A stretch of 64,000 nt of DNA from Bacillota bacterium (GTDB lineage: Bacteria > Bacillota > DTU025): NCBI GenBank assembly GCA_050951805.1, contig JBMNJT010000008.1, forward strand, positions 448,001-512,000, given 5' to 3'. The position numbers and the translations under genes were made by a program. Below the pieces are notes generated by a model. That model was not told the DNA's origin, ran no database searches, and worked only from the letters and a program-made list of their open reading frames with translations. Below, one piece after another: positions 23,296-35,082 of the stretch; positions within the stretch are counted from its first letter, which is position 1, and every line of letters begins with the position of its first letter.

Positions 23296-24498
23296 ATGGC
23301 CAAACAGAAGTTTGAAAGGACCAAGCCCCACCTTAACATCGGGACAATAGGGCACGTCGACCACGGCAAAACGACGCTGACGTCGGCGCTCACGAATGTC
23401 CTGGCGAAGAATGGGCTTGCCCAGTTCATGGACTTTGACAAGATCGACAAGGCGCCCGAGGAGAAGGCTCGTGGAATCACTATCAGCACGTCCCACGTGG
23501 AGTATGAGACGCCAAACCGTCACTATGCCCACGTTGACTGCCCCGGACACGCGGACTACATCAAGAACATGATTACCGGTGCAGCTCAGATGGACGGGGC
23601 CATTCTCGTGGTGTCGGCCGCAGACGGCCCGATGCCCCAGACCCGTGAGCACATCCTGCTTGCGCGACAGGTCGGCGTTCCCTCAATTGTGGTTGCGCTG
23701 AACAAGGTGGACATGGTCGATGACCCGGAACTCCTTGAGCTGGTTGAACTAGAGGTAAGGGATTTGCTCAGCGAGTATGAGTTCCCAGGAGACGAGATTC
23801 CTGTAATTCCCCTGTCGGCGTACAAGGCCGGCGAGTGCGGGTGCGGACAAAAGGATTGCCAGTGGTGCGGTCCGATTTGGAAGCTCGTTGAAGCTATCGA
23901 TGCCTATTTCCCAGAGCCGCAGCGTGAAATCGATAAGCCGTTCCTCATGCCGATCGAGGATGTTTTCACGATTACTGGGCGCGGCACCGTTGTTACGGGC
24001 CGAGTCGAGCGTGGAGTTGTCAAGGTCGGAGACGAGGTGCAGATCGTCGGTTTGATGCCTCAGCCGAGGAAGACAGTGGTCACAGGCGTAGAGATGTTCC
24101 GCAAGCTTCTTGACCAGGGTGTTGCAGGCGACAACGTTGGATGTCTCCTTCGAGGTATTGACAGAGATGAGGTAGAGCGCGGCCAGGTGCTGGCGAAGCC
24201 AGGGTCCATCACTCCTCATACAAAGTTCACTGCTCAGGTTTACGTTCTGACTAAGGAGGAGGGCGGTAGGCATACTCCGTTCTTCAACGGCTATCGTCCG
24301 CAGTTTTACTTCAGAACAACGGATGTTACCGGAACCGTACAGCTGCCTGAGGGCACGGAGATGGTGATGCCTGGCGACAACACGGTGATGACAATCAGTC
24401 TCATTACTCCAATCGCCATGGAGCCTGGGCTCCGTTTTGCTATCCGCGAGGGCGGCCGCACTGTTGGCGCGGGAGCAGTGGCTTCCATTATCGAGTAA
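23296..24498 (+). CDS. tuf: Elongation factor Tu
   Basis: [25 protein letters not shown]. Confidence 0.98.
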   Translation: MAKQKFERTKPHLNIGTIGHVDHGKTTLTSALTNVLAKNGLAQFMDFDKIDKAPEEKARGITISTSHVEYETPNRHYAHVDCPGHADYIKNMITGAAQMDGAILVVSAADGPMPQTREHILLARQVGVPSIVVALNKVDMVDDPELLELVELEVRDLLSEYEFPGDEIPVIPLSAYKAGECGCGQKDCQWCGPIWKLVEAIDAYFPEPQREIDKPFLMPIEDVFTITGRGTVVTGRVERGVVKVGDEVQIVGLMPQPRKTVVTGVEMFRKLLDQGVAGDNVGCLLRGIDRDEVERGQVLAKPGSITPHTKFTAQVYVLTKEEGGRHTPFFNGYRPQFYFRTTDVTGTVQLPEGTEMVMPGDNTVMTISLITPIAMEPGLRFAIREGGRTVGAGAVASIIE

Positions 24499-24534
24499 GC
24501 CGACCGCAGTTCGGACAGTGAATAATGCGGCAAC

Positions 24535-24655
24535 GTGGGGGCGGGAAGTCCCGCCCCCACCAATCTGCGATGAAGCGGGAGATTGTCTGTGCGGGAAGCT
24601 GCCGGAGTAACTTCCGTGGAGTATGTCCGTCAAAGGAATCGGGCGAATAGGAGGG
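24535..24655 (+). promoter_or_regulatory. Structured rpsJ (S10 operon) leader
   Basis: Strong GTGGGGGCGGGA/TCCCGCCCCCAC hairpin followed by GCGATGAAGCGGGAGATTG, resembling Firmicutes rpsJ leaders. Confidence 0.5.
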
Positions 24656-24662
24656 AGCCAAT

Positions 24663-24971
24663 TTGGCAACTCAGAAAATCCGGATCAAGCTGAAAGCTTT
24701 TGATCACAAGATATTGGATCAGTCCGCCGAGAGAATTGTGGAGACTGCTAAGAGAATGGGGTCAGAGGTCTCAGGGCCTATCCCGCTCCCGACGGAGAGA
24801 AACGTATACACAGTGCTTCGTTCTGTTCACGTGAACAAGGATTCTCGCGAACAGTTCGAGATGAGGACTCACAAGAGGTTGATTGATATCCTAGATCCTA
24901 CTCCCAAGACGATCGACGCTCTGATGCGTCTCGACCTTCCGGCGGGAGTGGACATAGAGATCAAGTTGTAG
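24663..24971 (+). CDS. rpsJ: 30S ribosomal protein S10
   Basis: [29 protein letters not shown]. Confidence 0.97.
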   Translation: MATQKIRIKLKAFDHKILDQSAERIVETAKRMGSEVSGPIPLPTERNVYTVLRSVHVNKDSREQFEMRTHKRLIDILDPTPKTIDALMRLDLPAGVDIEIKL

Positions 24972-24991
24972 GCCACGAGGGGGTGTGACGC

Positions 24992-25627
24992 GTGGGCAGA
25001 GCTATAATCGGCAGAAAGATTGGGATGACCCAGATTTTCGAAGAAGACGGCAGGGTTCATCCGGTTACAGTTATAGAGGCAGGGCCATGTTGCGTTGTTC
25101 AAAAGAAGCACACCGCCACCGATGGCTACGAAGCGGTTCAGCTTGGCTTCGGCGAAATCGACAAGCGGCGTGTGAGCAAGCCTATGGCCGGCCATTATGC
25201 TAAGGCGAATGTGAAGCCTAGCAGACATCTGAAAGAGTTTCGCATAGAGTCAGCGGATGCCTATGAGCTTGGCCAGGAGATCAAGGTCGATCAGTGGTCA
25301 GTGGGCGACCTTGTAGACGTGACTGGCATCTCTCGGGGCAAGGGGTTTGCCGGACCGATGAAGAGGTGGAATTTCAGCCGCGGCCCGATGGCGCACGGTT
25401 CCCACTATCATCGGGGAGTTGGATCACTGGGTGCGACCGCTCCGGCTCGGGTTTTTAAAGGACGCAAGATGGCGGGCAGGCTCGGTGGCACGAAAGCTAC
25501 GAGCCTGGGGCTAGAAGTCGTAAAGGTCGACCCGGAGAGGAACCTGCTCATGGTGCGGGGTTCAATCCCCGGTGCCACTAATGGTCTTGTGACTATCCGG
25601 GACTCTGTAAAGGCGAAGGCAAAGTAA
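24992..25627 (+). CDS. rplC: 50S ribosomal protein L3
   Basis: GRKIGMTQIF, GKGFAG, VFKGRKMAG. Confidence 0.97.
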   Translation: MGRAIIGRKIGMTQIFEEDGRVHPVTVIEAGPCCVVQKKHTATDGYEAVQLGFGEIDKRRVSKPMAGHYAKANVKPSRHLKEFRIESADAYELGQEIKVDQWSVGDLVDVTGISRGKGFAGPMKRWNFSRGPMAHGSHYHRGVGSLGATAPARVFKGRKMAGRLGGTKATSLGLEVVKVDPERNLLMVRGSIPGATNGLVTIRDSVKAKAK

Positions 25628-25640
25628 GGAGGCGCAGGAG

Positions 25641-26261
25641 ATGCCCAAAGCACCATTGTTCGATGCAAGAGGCAATAGGCTCGGAGAGGTAGAGCTTCCT
25701 GAAGCCGTCTTCGGAATAGAGCCCAACGAGCACGCAGTGCATGAAGCGGTTACGCTGCAGCTTGCCAGCAGAAGGTCGGGCACGCATAGCACGAAGACCA
25801 TCTCCGAGGTCCGGGGCGGCGGTCGAAAGCCGTGGCGCCAGAAGGGGACCGGAAGGGCGAGACACGGATCGCGCAGGTCGCCCATATGGGTTGGGGGCGG
25901 AGTAGTGTTCGGCCCTAAGCCTAGAAAGTATGGTTACACGATTCCGAAGAAGGTTCGCAGGTTGGCGCTGTTGTCGGCGCTGTCATCGATGGCGCAGGAG
26001 AACGCGGTATACGTTGTTGACGCCATTGATCTATCCGAACCAAGCACGAAGAGCATGGCAGCGCTTTTTGAGAAAATAGGCGCTGAAAAGCCCCTTGTTG
26101 TTACTGACGAGCGGAGCGAGGTTGTGGAGAAGTCCACTCGGAATATTCCGGGGGCAATGGTTCTCCATGTTGAAGGCCTAAATGTCTACGATATTGTGAA
26201 CCACACAGCGCTGGTACTTACGCGCGATGCGGTTTCAAGGGCGGAGGAGGCGTTTGCGTGA
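25641..26261 (+). CDS. rplD: 50S ribosomal protein L4
   Basis: [12 protein letters not shown]. Confidence 0.97.
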   Translation: MPKAPLFDARGNRLGEVELPEAVFGIEPNEHAVHEAVTLQLASRRSGTHSTKTISEVRGGGRKPWRQKGTGRARHGSRRSPIWVGGGVVFGPKPRKYGYTIPKKVRRLALLSALSSMAQENAVYVVDAIDLSEPSTKSMAALFEKIGAEKPLVVTDERSEVVEKSTRNIPGAMVLHVEGLNVYDIVNHTALVLTRDAVSRAEEAFA

Positions 26262-26548
26262 TGGCACACCCGCGGGACATTATCATAGGGCCGATCATCA
26301 CTGAGAAGAGCAACGCTCTGTCGGCAGAGGGAAAATACGTTTTCAAGGTTAAGCGTGACGCTAACAAGATAGAGATCGCCAGGGCTGTCGAAAAGATATT
26401 CGACGTTCGGGTAGTTGCAGTAAACACCATAAATGTTCCCGGAAAGCTGAAGAGACAGGGACGTTCGGAGGGAATGACCCCAGCCTGGAAAAAGGCCATC
26501 GTTACCTTGCAGGACGGGGAGACCATCCCGCTCTTCGAAGGGGTCTAA
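26261..26548 (+). CDS. rplW: 50S ribosomal protein L23
   Basis: [21 protein letters not shown]. Confidence 0.96.
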   Translation: MAHPRDIIIGPIITEKSNALSAEGKYVFKVKRDANKIEIARAVEKIFDVRVVAVNTINVPGKLKRQGRSEGMTPAWKKAIVTLQDGETIPLFEGV

Positions 26549-26572
26549 GTTCACGTAAAGGAGGTATGCGGG

Positions 26573-27403
26573 ATGGGAGTCAAAAGTTTTAAGCCTACTA
26601 CGCCGGCACGGCGGCAGATGACGGTTGCCACGTTTGAGGAGATCACGTCCTCGAAGCCTGAAAAGTCGCTGGTGGTTCCGCTCAAGAAGAGCGGAGGACG
26701 GAATGCCCAAGGCAGGACCACCGTTCGGTTCAGGGGCGGCGGACACAAGAGGGCATACAGAGTCGTGGATTTCAAGCGTGACAAGGACGGGGTTCCTGGC
26801 AGAATCGCGTCCATAGAGTATGACCCGAACCGATCTGCGCGAATTGCACTAGTCAACTACGCAGATGGCGAAAAACGGTACATCTTGGCCCCTCTTGGGC
26901 TCAAGGTTGGCGACGTTATAGAGTCGGGCCCTGATGCCGACATCAAGCCCGGCAACGCATTGCCGCTTTCCAACATCCCTGTGGGCACAGTAGTCCATGC
27001 AGTCGAGCTTACGGCCGGAAGAGGCGCGCAGCTCGCCAGATCTGCAGGGGCCAGCGCTCAGATAATGGCGAGAGAAGGCGAGTATGTCACTCTTCGCTTG
27101 CCTTCGACGGAGATGAGGATGGTTCGCCAGGAGTGCCGAGCTACCGTGGGCCAGGTTGGAAACGTGGAGCATGAGAACATCTCTATGGGAAAGGCCGGAC
27201 GCAGCCGATGGATGGGGAGAAGGCCGAGTGTTCGTGGAGTCGCGATGAACCCGGTGGATCACCCGCACGGTGGCGGCGAGGGTAGGTCGCCTATTGGGTT
27301 GAAGAGCCCGGTCACACCTTGGGGAGTTCCGACACTGGGATACAGGACGCGCAAGGCCAAGGCTTCTGACAGGTTGATAGTCCGTCGCCGGGGCAAGAAG
27401 TAA
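26573..27403 (+). CDS. rplB: 50S ribosomal protein L2
   Basis: [25 protein letters not shown]. Confidence 0.98.
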   Translation: MGVKSFKPTTPARRQMTVATFEEITSSKPEKSLVVPLKKSGGRNAQGRTTVRFRGGGHKRAYRVVDFKRDKDGVPGRIASIEYDPNRSARIALVNYADGEKRYILAPLGLKVGDVIESGPDADIKPGNALPLSNIPVGTVVHAVELTAGRGAQLARSAGASAQIMAREGEYVTLRLPSTEMRMVRQECRATVGQVGNVEHENISMGKAGRSRWMGRRPSVRGVAMNPVDHPHGGGEGRSPIGLKSPVTPWGVPTLGYRTRKAKASDRLIVRRRGKK

Positions 27404-27435
27404 GAAGTGGGTTCTGAAAGGAGGCGCGCCAATAT

Positions 27436-27720
27436 ATGGGCAGGTCGTTGAAGAAGGGACCGTATGTCCACGAGGCCTTAGCTGAGAAGGTCGAAAGGCT
27501 AAATTCAGCGGGAAAAAAAGAGATTATAAAGACGTGGTCCAGAGCGTCAATGATTACCCCAGACATGCTTGGCCATACCATAGCTGTGCATGATGGACGT
27601 AGGCATGTTCCGATATACATCGTTGAGGACATGGTAGGGCATAGGCTCGGAGAGTTTGCGCCAACGAGGACGTTTAGGGGCCATAGGCAATCGGATAAGA
27701 CTACACAGATCAAGAGGTAG
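27436..27720 (+). CDS. rpsS: 30S ribosomal protein S19
   Basis: [20 protein letters not shown]. Confidence 0.97.
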   Translation: MGRSLKKGPYVHEALAEKVERLNSAGKKEIIKTWSRASMITPDMLGHTIAVHDGRRHVPIYIVEDMVGHRLGEFAPTRTFRGHRQSDKTTQIKR

Positions 27721-27734
27721 GAGGTCGGGCGCAG

Positions 27735-28073
27735 GTGGAAGCGAAAGCGGTAGCGCGTTATGTGCGCATGTCGCCACAGAAGGTTCGCAGGGTTGTGGAT
27801 CTTGTGCGCGGCAAAAGTGTTGATGAAGCCCTGACCATTCTTAAATATACTCCGCACATTGCGGCGGAGCCGGTCAGCAAGGTTGTTGCTTCTGCAGCGG
27901 CAAATGCCGAAAACAACCTCGACCTTAGCAGGGATGACCTCTATATCGCTGAGGCTTATGTTGACGAAGGCCCTACGCTCAAGCGGATACGGCCGCGCGC
28001 AAGGGGCATGGCAAACAGGATCCTCAAGCGCACGAGCCACATAACGGTAGTGGTCAGAGAAAGGGAGGGTTAG
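27735..28073 (+). CDS. rplV: 50S ribosomal protein L22
   Basis: [22 protein letters not shown]. Confidence 0.97.
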   Translation: MEAKAVARYVRMSPQKVRRVVDLVRGKSVDEALTILKYTPHIAAEPVSKVVASAAANAENNLDLSRDDLYIAEAYVDEGPTLKRIRPRARGMANRILKRTSHITVVVREREG

Positions 28074-28076
28074 AGT

Positions 28077-28742
28077 GTGGGGCAGAAAGTCAATCCTATA
28101 GGTCTGCGGCTTGGCATCAACCGGACCTGGGAGTCTACGTGGTATTCAGATAAGAACTATGCCGAGCTTCTCCATGAAGATTTGAAGCTCAGGAAGTATA
28201 TTAAGAACCGACTTTATGCCGCCAGCGTTTCGCGGATACAGATCGAGCGTGCGGCGAACAGGATTAGAGTCACCATCCACACTGCCCGTCCTGGTATGGT
28301 TATTGGGCGCGGCGGTTCGGAAGCAGATGCGCTTCGCAGGGACCTGGAGGCCATGACGGGCAAGCAGGTTTCGGTGAACATTATGGAGATCAAGCATCCT
28401 GAACTCGATGCTCAGTTGGTGGCAGAGAACATCGCAGCTCAGCTGGAGAGGAGAATCTCCTTCAGACGTGCGATGAAGCAGGCCATGGGCAGAGCCGAGC
28501 GGCTTGGGGTTCAGGGAATGCGGGTGAAATCCAGCGGTCGCCTTGGCGGCGCAGAGATAGCCAGGACGGAAGGTTACAGTTATGGCAAGCTTCCCCTTCA
28601 CACGTTGAGAGCCGACATTGATTATGGGTTCACTGAGGCAAATACGACGTACGGCAAAATCGGAGTGAAGGTATGGATCTATAAAGGTGATGTTCTCCCA
28701 GATAAGTCGGGGAAAGCTCGGCAGGGGGGAGGGGCTCGATAA
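28077..28742 (+). CDS. rpsC: 30S ribosomal protein S3
   Basis: [33 protein letters not shown]. Confidence 0.97.
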   Translation: MGQKVNPIGLRLGINRTWESTWYSDKNYAELLHEDLKLRKYIKNRLYAASVSRIQIERAANRIRVTIHTARPGMVIGRGGSEADALRRDLEAMTGKQVSVNIMEIKHPELDAQLVAENIAAQLERRISFRRAMKQAMGRAERLGVQGMRVKSSGRLGGAEIARTEGYSYGKLPLHTLRADIDYGFTEANTTYGKIGVKVWIYKGDVLPDKSGKARQGGGAR

Positions 28743-29177
28743 ATGCTGATGCCCAAGAAGGTCAAGTACCGAAAGCAGCAGAGGGGACGCATGAAGGGCG
28801 TTGCTGAAAAGGGAACCACCGTCACCTACGGCGAGTATGGCCTTCAGGCGCTTGAGCCTGGATGGATAACGTCGCGACAAATAGAGGCGGCCCGTATTGC
28901 GATGACCAGATACATCAGGCGTGGCGGCAAGGTGTGGATAAAGATATTTCCAGACAAGCCTGTGAGCAAGAAGCCGGCCGAAACACGTATGGGGAGCGGC
29001 AAGGGTGCGCCGGAGTACTGGGTGGCAGTGGTGAAGCCCGGAAGAGTAATGTTTGAAATGGGCGGAGTATCCGAAGAGATTGCGCGTGAAGCAATGAGAT
29101 TGGCAGGGCATAAGCTGCCGATCAAGACGCAGTTCGTAAAGAGAGAAGAAGCGGGTGGTGAAGCCGATGAAGGCTAG
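28743..29177 (+). CDS. rplP: 50S ribosomal protein L16
   Basis: [16 protein letters not shown]. Confidence 0.97.
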   Translation: MLMPKKVKYRKQQRGRMKGVAEKGTTVTYGEYGLQALEPGWITSRQIEAARIAMTRYIRRGGKVWIKIFPDKPVSKKPAETRMGSGKGAPEYWVAVVKPGRVMFEMGGVSEEIAREAMRLAGHKLPIKTQFVKREEAGGEADEG

Positions 29178-29370
29178 AGAGCTGAGAGAGATGACCCCCG
29201 AACAACTCGATACTAGGCTGGAAGGCCTCAAGGAGGAACTCTTCAACCTCAGGTTTCAGCTCGCCACAAACCAGCTGGACAACGCGCATCGGATAAAGGA
29301 TGTTAGGCGTGATATCGCCAGGGTGAAGACGGAAATGCGGGAACGCGAGCTCAAGATTGCACGAGGGTAG
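29167..29370 (+). CDS. rpmC: 50S ribosomal protein L29
   Basis: [17 protein letters not shown]. Confidence 0.96.
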   Translation: MKARELREMTPEQLDTRLEGLKEELFNLRFQLATNQLDNAHRIKDVRRDIARVKTEMRERELKIARG

Positions 29371-29385
29371 AGAGGAGGCCAGGTC

Positions 29386-29646
29386 ATGGAGACTGCTAGA
29401 AATGAGCGCAAGGAGAGAGTCGGGTTTGTAGTCAGTGATGCAATGGACAAGACCCGAGTGGTGGAACTCCAGCGCACCTACAGAGATCCGATGTATGGCA
29501 AAGTGGTGCGTCGGTCCAGCAAGGTTAAGGTGCACGATGAGGGCAATGAGAGCAGAGTAGGTGACAAGGTTCTCATCATGGAGACCCGGCCGATCTCACG
29601 CGATAAGCGTTGGAGGCTTGTAAAGATAGTAGAGAAGGCTAAGTAA
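29386..29646 (+). CDS. rpsQ: 30S ribosomal protein S17
   Basis: [22 protein letters not shown]. Confidence 0.96.
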   Translation: METARNERKERVGFVVSDAMDKTRVVELQRTYRDPMYGKVVRRSSKVKVHDEGNESRVGDKVLIMETRPISRDKRWRLVKIVEKAK

Positions 29647-29676
29647 CAAGGGCCCTATTGAAGGGAGGAACACTCT

Positions 29677-30045
29677 GTGATTCAGGCCCAGACCGTACTG
29701 AATATAGCGGACAATACAGGCGCCAAGAAAGTGATGTGCTTTCGCGTCTTGGGCGGCGGGGACCGCCGGTATGCCGGTATTGGCGACATCATTATTGGCA
29801 CTGTCAAAGAGGCCACGCCCGGGGGCGTTGTCAAGAAGGGCGATATCGTCAAGGCCGTTGTCGTTCGCACCAAGAAGGAGCTCAGGCGGGCCGACGGCAC
29901 ATATATCAGATTCGATGAAAACGCGGCGGTCGTTATCGACGCCAATAATAACCCACGGGGCACGCGAATCTTCGGGCCTGTGGCGCGAGAGCTTCGTGAT
30001 CGGAATTTCATGAAGATCATATCGCTTGCTCCGGAGGTCCTCTAG
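29677..30045 (+). CDS. rplN: 50S ribosomal protein L14
   Basis: [19 protein letters not shown]. Confidence 0.97.
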   Translation: MIQAQTVLNIADNTGAKKVMCFRVLGGGDRRYAGIGDIIIGTVKEATPGGVVKKGDIVKAVVVRTKKELRRADGTYIRFDENAAVVIDANNNPRGTRIFGPVARELRDRNFMKIISLAPEVL

Positions 30046-30085
30046 GCTACGGGGCGGTCCCCAGGAGCGAGGAGGTGTGGATAAA

Positions 30086-30418
30086 ATGACGATATCCGTG
30101 AAGAAGGTCAAGAAGGGCGACACCGTTATGGTGCTCCAAGGCAAAGATGCAGGCAGGAGAGGCAAGGTCCTCAGGGTGCTGCCTCGTGAACAGAAGGTTA
30201 TCGTTGAGAACTTGAACATTGTAAAGCGGCATACTCGTCCGAGCACCGCGAATCCGCAGGGAGGCATCATCGACAAACCCGCGCCCATGGCGCTAGGCAG
30301 AGTCATGGTGGTCTGCGGCAAGTGCAACAAGCCGACGCGGGTTGGCATGGAACTTGGGGAGTCTGGCAAGCCCATGAGAGTATGCAAGAAGTGCGGAGCC
30401 AAGCTGGATAAAAAGTAG
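30086..30418 (+). CDS. rplX: 50S ribosomal protein L24
   Basis: KKGDTV..GKDAG KOW motif, two CxxC pairs. Confidence 0.96.
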   Translation: MTISVKKVKKGDTVMVLQGKDAGRRGKVLRVLPREQKVIVENLNIVKRHTRPSTANPQGGIIDKPAPMALGRVMVVCGKCNKPTRVGMELGESGKPMRVCKKCGAKLDKK

Positions 30419-30451
30419 GATAGTCGATAGGCCTGAGAGGGGGTCAATTAT

Positions 30452-31006
30452 ATGGAGGCGCCGACTCCACGGCTGAAGGAGAAATACCAGAACGAGGTTG
30501 TCCCTGCGCTTATGCAGAAGTTCGAATACAGGAACGTCATGGAGGTTCCAAAGGTCGAAAAGGTCATCGTCAACAGGGGCGTATCAGACGCCATTGTGGA
30601 CCCCAAGGCGCTTGACGCCGCCGCCGACGAACTAGCCAATATTACCGGACAGCGTCCGATAATCACCCGGGCGAAGAAGTCGATCGCAGCGTTCAAACTG
30701 CGGGCCGGAGTTCCCATTGGGTGCAAGGTAACCCTCCGCGGCGCAAGGATGTATTATTTTCTGGATAAGCTGTTCAATATCGCTCTTCCGAGGATTAGGG
30801 ACTTCAGAGGGGTTTCTCCGGACGCTTTTGACGGGCGGGGAAACTATACCTTGGGTCTTAGGGAGCAGTTGGTTTTCCCGGAGATCCGGTATGACGATGT
30901 TGACAAGATCCGTGGCATGGACATAACCATCGTGACTACTGCAAAAACGGATGAAGAAGCTTTCGAGCTGTTGAAGCTTATGGGCCTGCCAGTCAGGCTG
31001 CAGTAA
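30452..31006 (+). CDS. rplE: 50S ribosomal protein L5
   Basis: [22 protein letters not shown]. Confidence 0.97.
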   Translation: MEAPTPRLKEKYQNEVVPALMQKFEYRNVMEVPKVEKVIVNRGVSDAIVDPKALDAAADELANITGQRPIITRAKKSIAAFKLRAGVPIGCKVTLRGARMYYFLDKLFNIALPRIRDFRGVSPDAFDGRGNYTLGLREQLVFPEIRYDDVDKIRGMDITIVTTAKTDEEAFELLKLMGLPVRLQ

Positions 31007-31018
31007 GGAGGGGAAGAT

Positions 31019-31204
31019 ATGGCGCGAAAGGCGCTTGTAGAGAAGTGGCAGAAAGAGCCGAAATACAAGGTGAGGCAGTATAACCGGTGCTCGATTTGCG
31101 GGCGACCGAGAGGATATATGCGCAAGTTCAAAATGTGCAGGATCTGCTTCCGAACTCTCGCCTCGAAGGGAGAAATCCCGGGCGTGACCAAGGCGAGTTG
31201 GTGA
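31019..31204 (+). CDS. rpsN: 30S ribosomal protein S14 (zinc type)
   Basis: RCSICGRPR...CRICFR. Confidence 0.96.
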   Translation: MARKALVEKWQKEPKYKVRQYNRCSICGRPRGYMRKFKMCRICFRTLASKGEIPGVTKASW

Positions 31205-31239
31205 CAGCAGGGGCACGCCACGAGAGGAGGTAGAGGACG

Positions 31240-31638
31240 ATGGTGTTGACAGACCCGATCGCGGATATGCTTACTAGAATACGCAACGCGAATACAGTGA
31301 ACCACGAGGTCGTTGAGATACCAGCATCTCGGATGAAGGCAGAGCTTGCTCAGATAATGAAAGATGAGGGCTACATCCGCGGCTTTGAGGTCACTCGGGG
31401 AGACAAGTACGATGTTATTAAGGTCCACATGAAGTATGGGCCTAACAAGCAGAAGGTAATACACGGCCTCAAGCGGATAAGCAAGCCCGGCCTCAGGGTG
31501 TACGTTAAGAAGGATGAGGTTCCGAAGGTCCTGAACGGCCTGGGAACGGCCGTAATCTCCACATCTCGTGGGCTGATGACAGACCGTCAGGCGAGGGAAG
31601 CCGGGCTTGGCGGAGAGGTCATCTGCTACATGTGGTAG
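31240..31638 (+). CDS. rpsH: 30S ribosomal protein S8
   Basis: [21 protein letters not shown]. Confidence 0.97.
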   Translation: MVLTDPIADMLTRIRNANTVNHEVVEIPASRMKAELAQIMKDEGYIRGFEVTRGDKYDVIKVHMKYGPNKQKVIHGLKRISKPGLRVYVKKDEVPKVLNGLGTAVISTSRGLMTDRQAREAGLGGEVICYMW

Positions 31639-31649
31639 GTGGTGTAGAC

Positions 31650-32192
31650 ATGTCTAGAATAGGCAAGAAACCAGTGCCGGTTCCCAAGGGTGTAGAGGTT
31701 GAACTGGATGGCAGCATAATCACTGTAAAGGGCCCCAAGGGCGCTCTGTCTCAGGAGATCCCTGCGAGGATTAGCGTTGAGGTGGCTGACGGCGAGATCA
31801 GGGTTACGCGTCCATCCGATAATCGACTTGACAGATCTATGCACGGCCTGACCCGGGCGCTCATCGCCAACATGGTGCATGGGGTTACAGAGGGGTTTGA
31901 AAAATCCCTCGAGATCATAGGGACGGGATACAGGGCATCCAAGCAAGGCGAAACGTTGGTGCTGCAAGTCGGCTACTCGCATCCTGTGGAGATAGTCCCG
32001 GAAAACGGTATTCAGATAGACGTTCCGTCTCCGACGAAGATAACAGTCAGGGGCACAGATAAGCAGCTGGTCGGGCAGACTGCTGCGAACATAAGGGCTG
32101 TCAGAGAGCCCGAAGTATACCATGGCAAGGGCATAAGATACGCGGGCGAGCGCGTTGCGCTGAAGGCTGGCAAGGCCGGCAAGATCGGCTGA
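31650..32192 (+). CDS. rplF: 50S ribosomal protein L6
   Basis: [19 protein letters not shown]. Confidence 0.97.
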   Translation: MSRIGKKPVPVPKGVEVELDGSIITVKGPKGALSQEIPARISVEVADGEIRVTRPSDNRLDRSMHGLTRALIANMVHGVTEGFEKSLEIIGTGYRASKQGETLVLQVGYSHPVEIVPENGIQIDVPSPTKITVRGTDKQLVGQTAANIRAVREPEVYHGKGIRYAGERVALKAGKAGKIG

Positions 32193-32230
32193 TGCTGCAG
32201 CTTGCGGCAGAATGAAAGGAGCGACGTGCA

Positions 32231-32599
32231 ATGTACAATAGGGTTGACAGGAAAGAGGCCCTGGCCCGCCGTCATCAGCGCGTTCGGAAGGATGTTAGTG
32301 GAACCCCCGAACGCCCTAGGCTGTCTGTGTTTCGGAGCCATGCCCACATATATGTTCAGATAATAGACGATACGACAGGCCACACCCTGGTGGCGGCGTC
32401 TTCTGTGGAGCCGGACATCAGGGCAAAGGTAGGGTATGGTGGAAACATTGCCGCGGCGGAGGAAGTGGGCAGAGTAGCGGCGGAGCGAGCCATAGAGAAG
32501 GGAATCCGTAAGGTCGTATTCGACCGTGGCGGCAATCGTTACCATGGCAGGGTAGCTGCATTGGCTGAGGCCGCGCGCAAGGGCGGCTTAGAGTTTTGA
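32231..32599 (+). CDS. rplR: 50S ribosomal protein L18
   Basis: [20 protein letters not shown]. Confidence 0.97.
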   Translation: MYNRVDRKEALARRHQRVRKDVSGTPERPRLSVFRSHAHIYVQIIDDTTGHTLVAASSVEPDIRAKVGYGGNIAAAEEVGRVAAERAIEKGIRKVVFDRGGNRYHGRVAALAEAARKGGLEF

Positions 32600-32617
32600 G
32601 GCGGGGGAGGGCAGTAA

Positions 32618-33118
32618 ATGGCTAAGATCAATCCTGATAGTCTGGATCTTAAGGAAAGAGTGGTTAGCATCAACCCCGTGGCCAAGACGACTAAAGGCGG
32701 CCGAACGCGGAGCTTTCGGGCGCTGGTAGTTGTGGGTGACGAAAACGGGCATGTTGGGGCTGGGCTTGGGAAGGCCTACGAAGTTTCGGAGGCCATAAAA
32801 AAAGGAGTCGACGATGCCAAGAAGAACTTGGTGTCCGTCCCTATGGTGGGAACTACTGTTCCGCATGAAGTGACCGCGAAATCCGGCGCCGGATGTGTTA
32901 TGCTTAAACCCGCTGGCCCTGGAACGGGAGTCATAGCTGGAGGCGCTGTTAGGGCGGTTCTCGAACTTGCGGGTTATCGCGACATACTCACGAAATCTCT
33001 TGGGTCGAATAACCCAATGAGCATGGTCAATGCTACCTTGGTTGGCTTGCAGTCCATGCGCACCGCGGAGCAGGTGGCTCGGACACGCGGCAAGTCTGTC
33101 GAGGAACTTGCTAGGTAG
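32618..33118 (+). CDS. rpsE: 30S ribosomal protein S5
   Basis: [21 protein letters not shown]. Confidence 0.97.
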   Translation: MAKINPDSLDLKERVVSINPVAKTTKGGRTRSFRALVVVGDENGHVGAGLGKAYEVSEAIKKGVDDAKKNLVSVPMVGTTVPHEVTAKSGAGCVMLKPAGPGTGVIAGGAVRAVLELAGYRDILTKSLGSNNPMSMVNATLVGLQSMRTAEQVARTRGKSVEELAR

Positions 33119-33131
33119 GAGGGGTCGAAAG

Positions 33132-33317
33132 ATGGCAAAGAAGCTGGTTGTCACGTTGAAGAGAAGCACCATCAGCAGACCCAAAGACCAGCGGGCGACT
33201 GTGCGCTCTCTGGGCCTCCGCAAGATTGGCCAGACGGTTGAACACGACGACAACCCTGTTATCAGGGGCATGATCAACAAAGTAAGTCATCTGGTCGAAG
33301 TTACTGAGATCGACTGA
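33132..33317 (+). CDS. rpmD: 50S ribosomal protein L30
   Basis: [21 protein letters not shown]. Confidence 0.96.
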   Translation: MAKKLVVTLKRSTISRPKDQRATVRSLGLRKIGQTVEHDDNPVIRGMINKVSHLVEVTEID

Positions 33318-33330
33318 GAGGGGTACAGCA

Positions 33331-33774
33331 ATGAAACTGCATGAACTACAGCCCGCGGCCGGCGCGAAGCGCGCCCCAAAGAGAGTAGGCCGGGGCACGG
33401 GTTCCGGGCACGGCAAGACTGCCGGCCGGGGTAGCAAGGGCCAGCTGTCTCGCTCAGGCGGAGGCAAGGGCCCTGGGTTTGAAGGTGGGCAGACACCGCT
33501 TTACAGGCAGCTGCCGAAGCGGGGCTTCACCAACAAGTATAAGGTTGAATACGCAGTCGTTAACGTTTCCGACCTCGAGCGGGTTTTTGAGGCTGGTGAT
33601 GAGGTTGACAGGGATGCGCTCCGCGAAAAGGGCCTTGTGAAAGGTCATGACGCGCTTGTTAAGGTTCTTGGAGACGGAGAGCTTACGAAGTCCCTCACCG
33701 TTCGCGCTGACAAGTTCAGTGAGAGCGCAATGTCGAAGATCAAGGCGGCGGGAGGGTCCGCGGAGGTGGTATAG
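33331..33774 (+). CDS. rplO: 50S ribosomal protein L15
   Basis: [19 protein letters not shown]. Confidence 0.97.
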   Translation: MKLHELQPAAGAKRAPKRVGRGTGSGHGKTAGRGSKGQLSRSGGGKGPGFEGGQTPLYRQLPKRGFTNKYKVEYAVVNVSDLERVFEAGDEVDRDALREKGLVKGHDALVKVLGDGELTKSLTVRADKFSESAMSKIKAAGGSAEVV

Positions 33775-35037
33775 GTGCTGGCAGCGCTCGTAAATGCTTG
33801 GAGGGTCCCGGATCTTCGCAAGAAGATCCTCTACAGCGCATTCCTGTTGTTCGTGTACAGACTTGGTGCATTCATACCGGCGCCAGGTGTCGATATGGCC
33901 AAGGTCGCAGAGGTGTTTCAGGCGGTAATGGGCGAGACAGGCGGCGGCCTTCTGGGCCTTGTCGACATGTTTTCAGGAGGCAGTATACAGAGGCTGTCAG
34001 TGTTTGCGGTCAACGTGGGATCCTATATTACCGCGTCGATCGTGATAGAACTTCTGACAGTTGTCATTCCGTCGCTTGAGGAATTGTCCAAGGAGGGTCC
34101 GGAGGGACGGAGAAAAATTTCGCAGTATACAAGGTACCTCGCGGTTGCCCTGGCGGTTTTGCAGTCATACGGATATTCGGCAATGTTCAGGGAGGCGATC
34201 CGCCCCGGGGCAGTCTGGACCTTGCTCGTGATTGTCAGTATGACTGCCGGTGCCTCGTTCGTCATCTGGCTGGGCGAAAAGATATCCGAGAAAGGAATAG
34301 GGAATGGGATTTCTCTGATCATTTTTGCCGGCATTGTCACGCAGCTGCCAGGCAATGTTAAAAACGTCATTAGCCTGGTGAAGTCGGGCGGGACAGGTTG
34401 GGTGTTTGCGATTGTATACGTGCTGATGAGCCTGGCGCTTGTAATTGGCGTAGTGGCAATTAGCGAAGGGCAGCGCAGGGTGCCTGTGCAGTATCCCAAG
34501 AGGGTTGTAGGCCGGCGGGTTTACGGCGGGCAGAGCACTCATATACCGATCAAAGTGAACCAGGCGGGTGTTATACCCGTGATCTTCGCGTCATCGGTGT
34601 TAGCGTTTCCCGGCACGTTGGCTCAATTCATACCTGGGATGGCACCTGGTGTCAGGGCGTTCATGAACAACGTATGGGCTTACAACATCGTATACGTTGC
34701 TTTGATAATTCTCTTTAGCTATTTCTATACGGGCATCACATTTAACCCGGTGGAAGTGGCAGATAACATGAGAAAATACGGGGGATTTATCCCCGGGTTC
34801 AGGCCGGGACGGCCGACGGCGGAGTATCTCGACCGCGTGTTGACGAGGCTCACCTTCGTGGGCGCAATATTCCTGGCTATCATAGCGCTTTTGCCTAACA
34901 TAACCGGACGGCTTACATCTAACACTGTGACGTTTGGCGGTACTGGGCTTCTGATTGTTGTAGGCGTTGCGCTTGACACGATGAAACAGATCGAGGCTCA
35001 GCTGATAATGAGGCAGTACGAGGGCTTCTTGAAGTAA
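33775..35037 (+). CDS. secY: Preprotein translocase subunit SecY
   Basis: ~10 TM segments, GIGNGISLII, GGFIPGFRPG. Confidence 0.97.
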   Translation: MLAALVNAWRVPDLRKKILYSAFLLFVYRLGAFIPAPGVDMAKVAEVFQAVMGETGGGLLGLVDMFSGGSIQRLSVFAVNVGSYITASIVIELLTVVIPSLEELSKEGPEGRRKISQYTRYLAVALAVLQSYGYSAMFREAIRPGAVWTLLVIVSMTAGASFVIWLGEKISEKGIGNGISLIIFAGIVTQLPGNVKNVISLVKSGGTGWVFAIVYVLMSLALVIGVVAISEGQRRVPVQYPKRVVGRRVYGGQSTHIPIKVNQAGVIPVIFASSVLAFPGTLAQFIPGMAPGVRAFMNNVWAYNIVYVALIILFSYFYTGITFNPVEVADNMRKYGGFIPGFRPGRPTAEYLDRVLTRLTFVGAIFLAIIALLPNITGRLTSNTVTFGGTGLLIVVGVALDTMKQIEAQLIMRQYEGFLK

Positions 35038-35082
35038 GGCTTTGGAATGCCCAAGAAAATGAGGATGGGAGTGCGTCGCGAG

